From assembly GCF_902652985.1 (NCBI RefSeq), contig NC_047016.1, positions 30,318,001-30,382,000 on the forward strand: a stretch of 64,000 nucleotides of DNA, in the 5' to 3' direction. Positions 41,430 through 54,800 of the stretch are shown here, piece after piece. The position numbers and the translations under genes were made by a program. The first letter of the stretch is position 1, and the number at the start of each line of letters is the position of its first letter. The notes beneath the pieces are model-generated. The model did no database searches. It saw only the letters and a list, made by a program, of their open reading frames with translations, and was not told where the DNA came from. Source of the stretch: Pecten maximus. Its lineage: Eukaryota.

Positions 41430-42565
41430 CTGTACAAATTCTGAAGTACTTATGGTCGGACATTAATACAGATACACCGTAGCGTCAGTAATCAGCTCGA
41501 TGTACATCAAAGATATACGGACAAAAATTCGACAATTGTATAATTATGATAGAATTTGAAAAATATCAAAGTAGGTCATATCTAGAAAAAAATATGTAGG
41601 TCAACGTGATTGCAAAATATATGTCTTTTTTTAAAGAAGTTTTAATTATATACGTATTGCATGAATTTCATTTGATATAATTTTTGAATAAAACATTGGG
41701 ATCAGATTTGTATATACATGTATTTATTGATCATAAAATGTCAAATTGTTTGAAATTTATATTTCAAAATGCCTGTCAAATTGAAATTTGTGCTATGATA
41801 TTAAATAAATTACTTTTATAATGGCATTATAGACACCGACGTATAGATAGTCGGTTAATCATGTAAATCCGTTTTACATTCTAGAGGATTTTACAGACCA
41901 ACGGGAGATAACTCTTGAATCAGACCACTATAAAAAGATTAGCAGAAACCGTTTCCATGGTTTCCAAGTGTTCTAACAATTAGCTCTATTGGGTAATTAT
42001 ATTATCACTTAGTTAATCTATGTCGGAAATGCACTTTTAGCAGAAAAGAATGATTTAAAACACAGTAATTAAATTAATTATTAATAATAATACGAGTTTT
42101 AGGGCTTAAAAGTTTATACCCATTTCGATGTTTTGAGAATATAATTAGCGGCTTATGTTGATAAATTTTGAAGTAATTTGTGCAATTTAAAAAAAAACTA
42201 AAACAAATTTCATTAAAATTAAAGTACATCCGTCTATCTAAAAAAAATCTATTTATGGAAACCACATAAACTGCTATGAAGCAGAAGTAGAAAGACATAA
42301 CTATATTGTAAATACAAGCTGAGTGAAATGTGTGTTGACTCACAAAAGGAAATACAAACTTACATTCTTTATAAAAAGCTGATAAATGATTAAAACAGTT
42401 AATTTAGAAATTACACGTGCCGGTTGATATACTCCAGATAAGCAATTTTAAAAACAACACCATTTCCGCCTAGATAACAAGTCCGTTGTAGAACTAGCGA
42501 ATGTTTCTCATTATTGCATGTTTACTCATCCACTCATTATCTATTTTTTGTCTTTTCACCTTCAG

Positions 42566-42784
42566 ACAATAATACCGTTATTCAATATCCATCTAGGATC
42601 TGTATCTTTCATTGTAACCAATCGAGTACCGGGAACACAGATACATCAACGATATCGCTAATCAAGGTTATGCATAATCAATGACATTATCGTGATCAAG
42701 TTATTACCCTTAGGGGAAGTTGGCGACGTTAAATTAGATCATACTGGCGTAACGATGAACAGTGGTTCTATAACCGATATATAG
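42566..42784 (+). pseudogene. Decayed trypsin-family (S1) serine protease exon, catalytic-Asp region
   Basis: Strong acceptor ttttttgtcttttcaccttcAG. A single frame reads TIIPLFNIHLGSVSFIVTNRVPGTQIHQRYR*SRLCIINDIIVIKLLPLGE, matching S1 VxLG...IHxxY...NDIALIKL. In-frame TAA at 42659-42661. Confidence 0.4.
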
Positions 42785-44285
42785 ACTGTTACTTATCTAG
42801 TATACGTAAACAATAGTATTAAGATTGTGTAATGGATACACGTATGGGAAATCTACGGGAATATCATTGTTTATATGTATTTACACAGTGTTAATGAGAT
42901 GTACACGTAAGAATGAAAATTTGTCAATAAAGTATTAGAAAAATACTATACTACTTAAAATAGATATGAAATATGAGAAATGATATATATGATATGTAAT
43001 GATATATATATATTTTAATTCAGCATATAAATGTATGTACATTTATTAAATTTATTTTTAAACGTGTTTTTGTGGGGTTTTTGGGGGTTTTTACTTCTTC
43101 TTTTTTTTTAAACAAGAATAAAGGAATAAAACCTTTCTTAAATACGACTGCGCATGTATCTTGCGTTTTAATCTGGTTAAACGCAAGGGTAATAATACTC
43201 ATGGGAAATAATCATATTTCAAGATGCTGCATCGCTAAAAGCATATACACTATTTCTCATTAAAAATATAAGTTAAACTCACACCCACGATATAGAATTA
43301 TATCTAATTAACACCAACAAATGCATAAAAGTAAAACAGCTGGTTAGGAAGAATGATTTCAAGGCCGAAAGTTACGTACAAAACATAATAAAGGAAAAAG
43401 CTAGACTAACCTCGAGGTATCAACAATTTGTTTACTCCAAAGTTTAAAGATAAAAGGTGAGACGTAAACTGTTGGAGGATGATGAAAGGTAAAGTGTTAA
43501 GATTTGTGAGTGTATACAACAGTCTTCTCGTATTTTCTATCGATCATAATTACTCGACGATATGTCATCTTGTACATTTTCATTCTTCAAACAATATTTA
43601 AAAGCTATATTAACGTTTAAGATTTTTTCGCAAACCCCATGTGTGAACTTATGTTATCTGTATCAAGCCATTTAAATTGTGTTCGTTTCATTATTGCTTA
43701 CTCTCATACATTGGTATATGTGTCATTGTCAACTATAATAAATAACACGTATAGCCATTATTGTCTCGGTAATTAACACTCCGTGGTGAATATTGTTAGG
43801 ATCCGCATATACTTGACATTAAAAAATATATTCATAGCATCTTTAGATTGTTAAAGGCCTACACTAATACTAACAACTTTGAGAGTTTATCAAACTTAAT
43901 ATGACAAAATTACCTTGCACTTAATTGAAACATACATTTTTGCTTTACAATGTATGAAATGCCTCCGAAAAATATCAAAATGTCTATATTTTATCTCTCT
44001 GTTTTTAATGGAAACTGACTTGTAGTAGTAATGAAACATACTACAATACTATGTGTTATTTACCAATACAAGCTATAAGAACAAATGGAAGTGTCTGTAT
44101 TCTATCTTTTTGTTATAGAAAAGGTACATTATATATTTAAACTTTAAAAAAAAGGCCAACAAACTGTATTCGATATTTGTAATTTCGTTTTCTTAAGTTC
44201 CCTCTGGGTTTCTATAATTCATTTAATAATTCATATTCAAATAGTCTTTTCTTTTGTGTTTTTCCAAAGATCTATTGACACTCAC

Positions 44286-44307
44286 ATATATATATATATA
44301 TATATAT
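44286..44307. repeat. (AT)11 microsatellite
   Basis: Perfect AT run. Confidence 0.9.
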
Positions 44308-47300
44308 TGTAGATAGATAAAATAATTATTGCGAAGGGGATATTAATGACATACTCACAAATCTCCACACATTGTAGATATTAAGAAATAGCTATTTGAA
44401 ACATCATAACGTCTTTAATATTCAATATATACTCACAATGACATTTTCTTCTGATAACAAATGCAATCAAATAATGGAGATTAGGAAATGAAATTTAAAC
44501 GTTGTTTTAATCAAATACATCAGACTTATTTGCTACCTTTCAATCCAATATTGACATATCAAAACTATACCAAAACTAAATGAACACGATTTCCGATATA
44601 TTAATTGTTGTAGCATGATCAATCATGAGAAATTCTTAATCAACATATTGTATTAATTAGTAATAATCTAGAATATATTTGTTTTCTCTTTTCTATTTGA
44701 TTAACAGTAATGTAGTTTTTGAGTAATGACAAATTATCAATGCTATATATGTATAAATATATATATGAACGCAATTATTTTTTCTTAGGCATTTGAAATG
44801 CCAAATGAACACATTTTTTTTCAAATGAAAATGATATTATAATAATTATGATTTATCAATTTTTAATATTTCGTATAAATGTGTTTATTTATACATGAAG
44901 CCACTGTCGAAAGTAAAAAAAAAAATGCCATCTACCGATTTCATTTTTGAAATCTCACAACGTTGTTTGTTATTCACATTATTCTTAAACAATTAATATC
45001 CATATATATGTCATGCTTTACTAATTTGGCATATTTTGATTTGTGACATTGAAATTTATACATCCTAATATTCGATATTTTACTGTCACTATCCTACCAA
45101 CCAAAGCATAACATAAACATGTTCGTGTGATAATATGTTCGAAAGCTTCATTAACATCTTTGATGGTATACCGGAATTTTACCCTTTCTTTTAAAGAAAA
45201 ATATGTCAATAATTTTGCAATATAAAATATCTAATTCTATTTTAATAAGTCGAAAACATCGTGATACTAAAGTAAAGTCATAAACAAACAATAAAAGAGG
45301 AAGTACGGTAATATGAGACGGTACTGTCCTTATTGATATAACTGTATATCCTTTTGCAAATTATGAACTGATATTGTTTTGTATTTTTGTATACAATGTT
45401 TATGGATTATATAAAATACTGTTTAAACTGTATCATTGATCTAAATCTAACGTGTTTTAAATTATCCAAAACATGGTAAAAATTCCTAATTCTTTTCAAA
45501 TTCAGAATTCATCATCAAGTGTGCATCATCTTACAAAGCTAGGGAGGCGCCATTGCAAGCCTCCTTAATTGTCTTCCGTATTTAATTACCTATCCTCCAT
45601 TTTACTTAGTTTTATTTAATTTACGGCTTTGACATTTCTCTCTGTGTAATTGATGACATGAAAAAGTATAGCAATTAAACGATGTGCAAGTGGTAATGAG
45701 ACTAAAATGCTAAAAATAGATTCCTTTGATAATAAAATATTAAACTAGACAGCTGTATTCACTTGCATAACTTTTCTTGAAAGGTTCATATTATGTTCAA
45801 TATTTAATTCATGTTTTATTTAGTGTTTCAGTGTACAATAATATTAGATGGCAAGACTCGTCTTTGAATTATTTTTGTCAAAAGAGTAATACAAAATAAT
45901 GAAATATTTTGCACTTTATTCGTCTTTCAAACTAACACTCTAACTTTATGCTCATTTAGATTATATTTAACGTGGTACAGTAAACTATATCTAATCAATG
46001 TTGCTATTATCTTAAATCGTCGCAAATGTTTTATTCCAAAATACAAAATACAATACGACTTCCAACAAATCTACGAATAAAATTATATTCATACACAATG
46101 TATTTTATTGTTATTTAAATGATATTGTTTGCCATTTAATCCCTTCACATTATTTTGCCTACGTTTTATATTTCCAATGGTTGTCTTTATTACATACTTT
46201 AACATACTGGTATTTCATTATCATTTTGTTGGTTATCAAACCCCGAATAGCTTTTATTCAAGGAAGCAAAATGCTTAATAAGACGCATACAATTCTGTTT
46301 CGACACCACCAAGACATTTGACTATACTATAAAGCATGCGTTCTATTGCACATTAAAACACAACAATTTAAATACAACATCAGATGCGTCTGAATTCTAC
46401 CGAATACTTTATATAAATCTGACAATTGATACCATACAAAATCATGCTATTTCTTCCGTCATGACGACGTCACGTAAGACGAATTCGCTAGACCATCCAT
46501 TGGTCTATCTACAGTGGTCAGTCTATGAAACCTCTGATGATACTTTATAAATTCCACCACATTCTACGCGCTTACAACATTTGATTGACAGAGGTACTAT
46601 TCCCTGATTCTTTATCGAAACGCGTATTTATCAAGCTTGAATATTTACAAAAGAATGCGCGAAAACAACAAGCAAATTGCTCATAGTCATATGTTGAAAT
46701 GTTCCATACAATTGCTAGAAGACTGTTGATGACGTAATACATAAACTTTCAGATGCTATCCTTTTTCGTTACGAATCAATATTAAAATATATGATGAAGT
46801 GTCATCATTACAAGCATCTGTTATATTCTTACCCCCCATTGGCCTTAATGATGTTAAAAGAACGCAATAATCGATAATTTGACTATAACTGCAATACGAC
46901 CTTACCTCATGGCAGTCCCCGTGGTGCTAAGTGTGTGGCAAAGCCGTGCTTCTTGTTTAGAGTTATCCCCCTTTGACCACTATCCGCAACATAACACATC
47001 CTCCATGACATGAACGTGAATATAATCCAATACAACAATCACATGTTTACACAACTGAAATTCCAAAACGTATTCCATTTTCTTAAAAGCGGGTAATACT
47101 TCGATTTTCACGCTGAAATCTGAAAAAAATGAAAGTAAATTGATGTTAATAACATAAATTAAAAGTAACAATTAATTGATTGCTTACATTCACATAGAAG
47201 AACAAGAGATAAAAGCACGAGTCTTGGTCAAGAATGCCAAATGAATCCCAAAGAATCACTGATAAATGTAAGGTGGAGAAGAACATTGATTATTAACGTC

Positions 47301-49038
47301 TATTCACGATACAACGGGAACTAACAGCTTACTATGGAAACATCGTTATGGTGCGATTTTGATAAAATGAGCACTGTTTTGCATGCATTTGATCATACCT
47401 CTTAAAATGAATTCTTACTGCTTATAAAAACCGATTTCCGCTACAGACAGTTTAAGTGCATCCTAGTGCTGTGTTCACACATGCAATTACTTTAGAAAAA
47501 AAACACTGTTATTCAAAGATGGCGTTTCTGATCATAAAACACACTCAATTTCAGTCATTTACTTTACAGCCTTCTGTGCTTGGATTCATTTGTACAATAT
47601 TAATTATGTTGCAGTTATGAAGCAAAAACACTACAATCATCACTATATTCGAATATAAAAATGTCACAGGAAAAGTTTGCACATACACAAAATGATGAAT
47701 GTTCTGACAAACAAAATATGTTAGATGTAAGCGATTGTCGGCACTGGCAATAATGATTTCTGTAATGAAAATAAATTACATAACGTATCATAATGTATAT
47801 ATAAATCATAACATAACTTGCTTGTTGTGATAAACTTACGCAGGTACATTGGTACAGCAAGGCAATCATACTTTTCCGTAAACAAACTAAACGGGTCATT
47901 TGGATGACACTTAATAGTTGAATAGTTTTGAATGTTTACTGTTGTATTTACTCCGTTATTTAATAACGTTTTTAATCGTCTAAACGTTTTGTCTGTATTA
48001 ATATATATTTCTTGATAATTGAAATTCATGTATATGTACAAAGAAGCCAACCATCCAACTATCCTCGTTCGTTTTCTGATTTTGATGACTTGTTCTATTA
48101 TAACTATGTATTTGCATCCTGAACGCAGAAATAATACCTACACAAATTTGATTGTAGAAAGGCTGAAATTAGGTTCCTTCTTCAAACATACGGAATAATG
48201 AATACAAAATTACGTCATATAGCTGTTTTATCCCTCTACCACATATCAGAGATGCAAAAGGCCAAAAAACAAATGTAGAGAATTCGGGAAAATAATAACG
48301 GGATGAAACTTCAATTTATATGTCCTGTGAGGTGCAATAAATTCATAAGGTGAATGATATTCATGTGAAAATATAGTTTTTAGACCAACTCTCAAATTAG
48401 ATAAATAAATTAAAAGATTCCTTTCATTGTTTTGTTTTCACTGTCATAATCGTAATTAAGGTTTTCCACCAAATTATTTATATCACACCGATAATAATTA
48501 CATACCGACTTTCAACAAACGCACTGTACATTAAACAGATGGTGTTTTATGAGAATATATCTTAGTTCCTACGCATTTAACTCTATAATAAAAAAAACAT
48601 AATATTTTCGGATATAAAAGTATTTGAAAAGAATGTTTAATTTGTATAAAACTAAATACAGAAAAGGGAGTGTATGTCCTTGTAATGATTACGTGCCGAG
48701 TAAACTTGGTTGGTAGATTCATACAGGTTACCTCAATTTGAGAAAACATGATTAGTACATTACGTTATGATTCTCTTTGCCAAAGAAATGTAAGTAAAGA
48801 AAATAATTGTCAGTTCGTTGATATAATAATCTTAATATAGTCATGTGTTAGAAATAGTGTTAAACACTGTTTTCTCTTGAACTAGAGATGAGTCTTTATT
48901 GTATTTTTGAAACCTTTTCAAATATGTATATATAGAAGATAAAACTTCTATTTTCAAAAACAAAATTAGCTTTGAAATAAAAAGTTAATATTTTGTAACA
49001 AATCAGATATTACCCCAATCCTATTATATGGACACACA

Positions 49039-49228
49039 TTAAAAAGCAAAATAAAATTTCATAAATTTTTTTTTTATTGTTTTTGTAAGTATTTAACAAC
49101 AACGGAACAGTTTGTCATTCTTATGCAAATGTTGTTAAAAAGCAAAATAAAATTGCATTAATCTTTTCTTCTACTTTTTAGTGTTACATAACAACGTAAA
49201 AGTTTATAATTCTTATAAAAATGTTGTT
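49039..49228. repeat. Old tandem duplication, period about 96 bp, 2 copies
   Basis: Both copies start TTAAAAAGCAAAATAAAATT (49039, 49135) and end ...ACAACG.AA.AGTTT.T.ATTCTTAT..AAATGTTG. Confidence 0.85.
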
Positions 49229-49773
49229 TTCAACTCCGACAACATGTAAAGCATTCTAAGTATCATTACTTTAATTTACGTATATGACAATGTAAATCTA
49301 ATGGCAATCAAGGTTGGGAATAAAGGTTGGATTTCTATGACAAAACATAGACATGCAGAGCTCTTTATAGTGACGGTTTTAAAACAAAATAAGTCACCTT
49401 TTCAAAATAGATTTCTGTAAAAACGTAGTTTACTAAACTAAATAAGGCAATAAGTTGTTCCACTTTGAATGTAAAATGAGAACAATCTCTAGGAAACAGG
49501 TTCCTGTAAAATTCGTTATACTTTTTGTCGTGATCAAATTGATAGGTAAGGGCGACTTGATATGTTTACATTTCTAGATTCACTTCAGGTGTCAAAAAGT
49601 TTGGACGTATCATGATTACGTGGAATGTCCTGATATGCTTCAAACGACTTTAATGATTTTCAATAATTTTAAAGAAATACGAAACCTCCAACGTGGATTG
49701 ACTCAGGTTTTCTGTTTCATGATAGAGGCCATCGTTGTCTTACGTTTTATTTATGATTTATAACTTTTCCCAG

Positions 49774-49953
49774 GATAAGAAAATATGATATTCAATGAAA
49801 CGATGATTAAAGCATTATCGTAGTCATGAGATCTTTATGAGTTTCAGAATGAGGTAGTGATTCCAACAAATGCCACAGCGTTCCAAGTTGATATGAAGAA
49901 ACACTTTGACACTGTTACAGTAAAAGCCAGGAATAGTCATCTTTCACAACAGA
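49774..49953 (+). pseudogene. Possible decayed fibronectin type III exon
   Basis: Acceptor aacttttcccAG and donor A|GTGAGA. IRKYDIQ* is followed in another frame by VVIPTNATAFQVDMKKHFDTVTVKARNS, resembling FN3 IxxYxIxW...YxVxVxAxN. Confidence 0.3.
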
Positions 49954-51584
49954 GTGAGATTTTATCATAGTAATCTACATTGCGCTTCCTTGCTACACAT
50001 AGTTTTTTCGGGAAAGATTCGACGTATGAGCTTTCAAATTATAAACGCTAGGCCCACCTGGCTTTTCGCAAATCGCTCAAGTGACCCCTGTTGGGACTGT
50101 TTTTGTTGCTGATCGCTTGATGTTGTCAGGAATGCCTAGGAACCGAAGGTGGGCCATGATAGACCATCATAATTTCCCTGATAGGAATACCTCCACCTTC
50201 GAAACTCTGCTACCTATCAAGATCCTTCCTCAACTAGGTAATCGCTTCACGGTGGCAATGTCTTCACGTGCAGAGAAAAATAAAGTACATGACCTACATT
50301 GGTAATTGGAAATACTTCTCAACTCAAATTCAGTTATTTCATAGAAGGATTGTGTAATCAAAGTAGGAGATTTTTGCTTAAGCTCGAATCAATTATAAAA
50401 CCGTTTTTGGGGTATCCTGGGACACATTAACGACTTGAATTAAGCAGAGCAACGTACTCTTAGAGTATACGTTTACTTATATTGCCTAAATGCATAGTCT
50501 AGGTATTTCGCTGAACTTAATTTCAGTAAACAATGTTCCTAAAAACCAATTGCACAAAGAAATTATACAATTATATGAATATGCGTCTACTTTTAATGAA
50601 CTAATTGTAAGGTAAAATATATATTTAAAACAGCAGCATAAATGACATTGATGTCAGAGGCCAAAAGTATGTAAATCTAAACGGGAAGTTTGGAGGTTCA
50701 AGATGAACCTAATGATGAATGATGACTGGCATACTTGCCCCGTAATTTAATCAATTTGGCATACTTATTTAATATTGGATACTTTTGAATATATATCAAA
50801 GCGCTAATGAAAGATACTCATAAGATATGCATATAAAACAAAATATTAGTGGTGACTGATTGATGTATATGGTTTATTCCATCGGTCTGATAAGACTTCC
50901 AAACTTGATTGCCACCTTAGAATACCAATAAAAAGCATTCAACGTCTGCTGGCCGATCCCACTTGCATTTTATCAGAAATTCTCAATAAGCTATTGGGAT
51001 GCATCCAAGTAACACATCTTTATTTATTCGTGAGATATATCCGGAATGTATTCTTGAATTTAACTGGCACATTCTGTGCAATATCTACCATCATTTTCTG
51101 TGTCTTATCTCACGTTTAAATTAATAAAATTCAGGGTAATTAGCTTTAAATTTTGTTCTCATCCTTGGAATCTTTCGATTTTCTGTTTGTATTGCTTTTA
51201 GTTTTATAGATCAGTTCGATGCATGAGTATCTTTAAAATGCGATTCATTAAACGTTTTATCTTTATCATTAGGATTGATAAAGCGATATTTTATATATTT
51301 TTAAGTACCTATTTCATTACTGGTGTTAGATCATTTGAATTTGAAATTGCCACTAACAATAAATTAATCAACATATCGTTCTTATTGTTATAACTTGTTG
51401 ATATAATTTGATTTTTAATTTGGATAAACATTATAGGAGTATACAAATGAAATGACATTATGACACTTTCTAGACACCATCACAACTATCACATTATTCT
51501 CACACCATTGCAAAGCATTCTGCATCGTCAACACAGATACAAACAAGCACATGATCAGTAAACAATTTACATTAGTCTGGTCAT

Positions 51585-51860
51585 TGTATACCAATACATA
51601 ACATACCACAGTTGTAATATACCTTTCCCAAATTATCACAATAGTGATAGTACATTACAAGAAATACCATACTAGTAGTTGTAATACATTATTATAGAAT
51701 TTATTACACATGTAATATTCTATTTCAAAATATACCATAGTTGTACATTGTAATATACCACTACAAAATATACGACATAATCAATACAGAAGCAGAGCAT
51801 ATTATAAAACAACCAAACAACACATGAAATCAGAAATTGCATGTATACCATAGTTCTATA
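51585..51860. repeat. Degenerate ATACCA(C/T)AGTTGTAAT repeats
   Basis: ATACCACAGTTGTAATATACC (51603), ATACCATACTAGTAGTTGTAATAC (51664), ATACCATAGTTGTAC (51732), ATACCATAGTTCTATA (51845). Confidence 0.55.
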
Positions 51861-54800
51861 ATCCGAAATTTAGGTATTAAAATGCTGAAATAGCGATGGG
51901 ATAGTGAATGATATCAGGACGTTTACAATGGTTTTACACCATTTCACATTGGTTGGAACATTGAGGACCTAACCCTTAAAATGGACTAAAATAAATCATA
52001 GTGATATTTTGTGTCTCATATATCTCAATACATTGTAAATAAAAATCTAAATATGAGGTTGTGTTGACCTGCATTCAAAAGTACCTAAAACCCGATAACT
52101 GGAAGGTTAGATCGATCGTACCAATTAGAGGAAGAACGGTCAGTGGACTCCATGGAAACGTTTCGTGATTCCGGTGACTAAACTTGTCTGTAGGAGATAG
52201 CATTTGCTAAGGAAATGTATCTTTGCATGTGTAAAGGAAAATATAAAATACAATAATAATTAATAAAAAACAGCAAAACGTTACGGTATCTCATGTCGTG
52301 TCTTTGGGAAATTATTCTTTTATTTTATCTTGTGACAACAGTTTGACACTTGATAAAAAAGAAATCCCTTATCCGGAACCTTTCCATTTGTTGGATTTAA
52401 TTAGCTGTTGTAATTAACACCAAGAGGAAATAGATAATGCAAATTAATAACATCCTTACATTAGCCACAAGATGAATTAAAGCCAAGCTTGATTAAAACA
52501 CCATACGTATTCGTTTGATGGTCATAAAATATCGGATACAGAAGGTGGATACGTTTTGGGTGAATCTATGGTGTTGGATCATTATACAATATTATACTCA
52601 AGGCAATAAATATCTGTCTTTCCTGATAAACACATTTTATAGTACAAGATGAAATACGTTATACTTAAGTATGTGTATGGTTCCTAACTTAAATTAAGGA
52701 TGAAGTGAGACCACCATAAAAATGAACTAAAAATATGTGGAACAAGGTCATAAAGCATTGGTGAACGAGGGGTAATATCGCGACCTGGGACGAAGATATA
52801 TTCAAAGTTTGGGCATCCATTAGAGGGGCCATAAAATATAGCTACAAAGAGCAGGGGTCTACCTTCAGATGGTATGTCAAGATAAAACTATGACTATAAT
52901 ATAGCCAGCTAAAATGAAAAATAACTTGATTCCGAAAGAGTCAATAAAATGTTATTTACATGTAATTTAGAACCGTACATCATTCTGCCAGGACCTACCG
53001 GATTGTATATTATATCACGTGTCGCGGTATGAAACCCCTTCATTATAATCGTTAGGATATATAACGCTCATCATACTTATTTCATGTTAAAGAAACAATA
53101 TCTCATTGCGTAGTGCATAGCTATATTGTACGTGACACCTGTTTTTTTTTTAAATAGCCTTCTCATACATAATTTCACAAATGATTTTCCTATGACATAA
53201 AACATACAGCATTCCATAATTATTATTTGCGGAAAAGCAAAAAGTTTTATGTATATATATGTATATGTTGATATAAATTCGTATCTATATGTACTCTGTA
53301 TTGGATATATATAGTTAACACTGTAAGAATTATAATCATATTCATATATTGCATTTGTTAAAGCAATTGAATAAAAGAATAAAACTTTTTCATAAAGCGA
53401 AAGTGTACTATAAATAATAGCTTCAAACAGTATCACTATTCATGTGAACCTATTGTTATTGTCTTGCGGTATTTACATCATATTGAACAACTTCATTTCC
53501 ATAATGATATCATAGATCAAACATTCAATCCGCTGTTACGAAATATATCTGTACTATGTGCTTTGGTTAACTAATAACGTATGCGATTTGCCGGTGTCTA
53601 TTTTACTTGGTTGATTGTTTAGTATAACGACACGATTTTTACATATATTATAAAACAAAACTGTGTTCATTATACGTTTGCACGGAGAAGCAAGCATTGT
53701 TTTATCAACAATTGAAATTGAAAGTAGACCTATGAGCTGCCCATTGGGAGAATGCTCTGTCAGTTTTGTTTTCGGTACATTTGTTTGGTCCTGCCAATTA
53801 TATACGTTCGGGAAAAGTTATAGGATTGAAAATGGATTTTTTCTGTCAAGAGTTGTGCGATAGATAGTATAAAATGGTTATTTATGGGGCTCTTTAGTAT
53901 GGTTAGATTTTAAGTTACATGTTAAATAGCTATAACATAAAATTATATTTTCAATAAATACAATATTTCGCATATATAAATTCCAATTCTCACATGCAAT
54001 AAGCGTTCTGCAGGATGATACAATCAGGAAAAGCAGTCACGAATCTCAAAGCTAACAGAGCTATGGTTAATTGATTTTGATCATTATTCTATCATTGTCG
54101 TTATCGTTGATTCATAACCATTTCAAGATATGTAACCGATCGACGTAATAATATATGTAAAATCTCTCAAAAAAAATGTTATCAAAAGTTGTTTAAGTTA
54201 TTTGTTAATTACAAATATAGCTGCAGCATGCATTTCATAACAGTATTATATGCAAATCCGATATTATGTTTGATAAAAAATGCAAACCATACTTTTTTTA
54301 CTAAAGCTTCTTTGAAATCACAAAGTTTGCCTTAACGTTTTCACAAGCAGTTTTCATTCCGCTATAAAATAAATGCATTTGACATTTCTAAATTCAATAA
54401 ACATTGACATTGCTGTATATAAAGAGTGCTCCTATGTAACATTTTAGCTATCGTTATCAAATAATTCATGTAATTGTTTTAAATGTATTACTTACAGCAA
54501 ATTGTGTATGAATCCCACCCGGCGCACTTTTCCTAACTTTGATAAGAATTCTCTCTAAGCTTTCCATATTGTTGTCCCTTGCATGTCATTGTTTTACTAA
54601 TTCTCCAAGTCACAGCGAGACAATATAAATATGGTGACTAAGGGGTATTGTCATATAAAATTCTGTTTTGTTGATTTTTAATGTTGTGAGCTTCGTTGCT
54701 TTTCACATATAAAACGTGCTAAAAAACCTGCGAGTAGGGACATAAACTCAATCTGTTTTCCATCCATGGGGATTATATGTAGCCAGGATCCTTGTGAACT

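Noticed and set aside
46907-47003. Minus-strand NHL-like peptide CYVADSGQRGI...PRGL before a GAG|GTAAGG donor
   Set aside because: Short, ends in a stop, has no good acceptor, and another frame gives an equally weak SRCR-like match.
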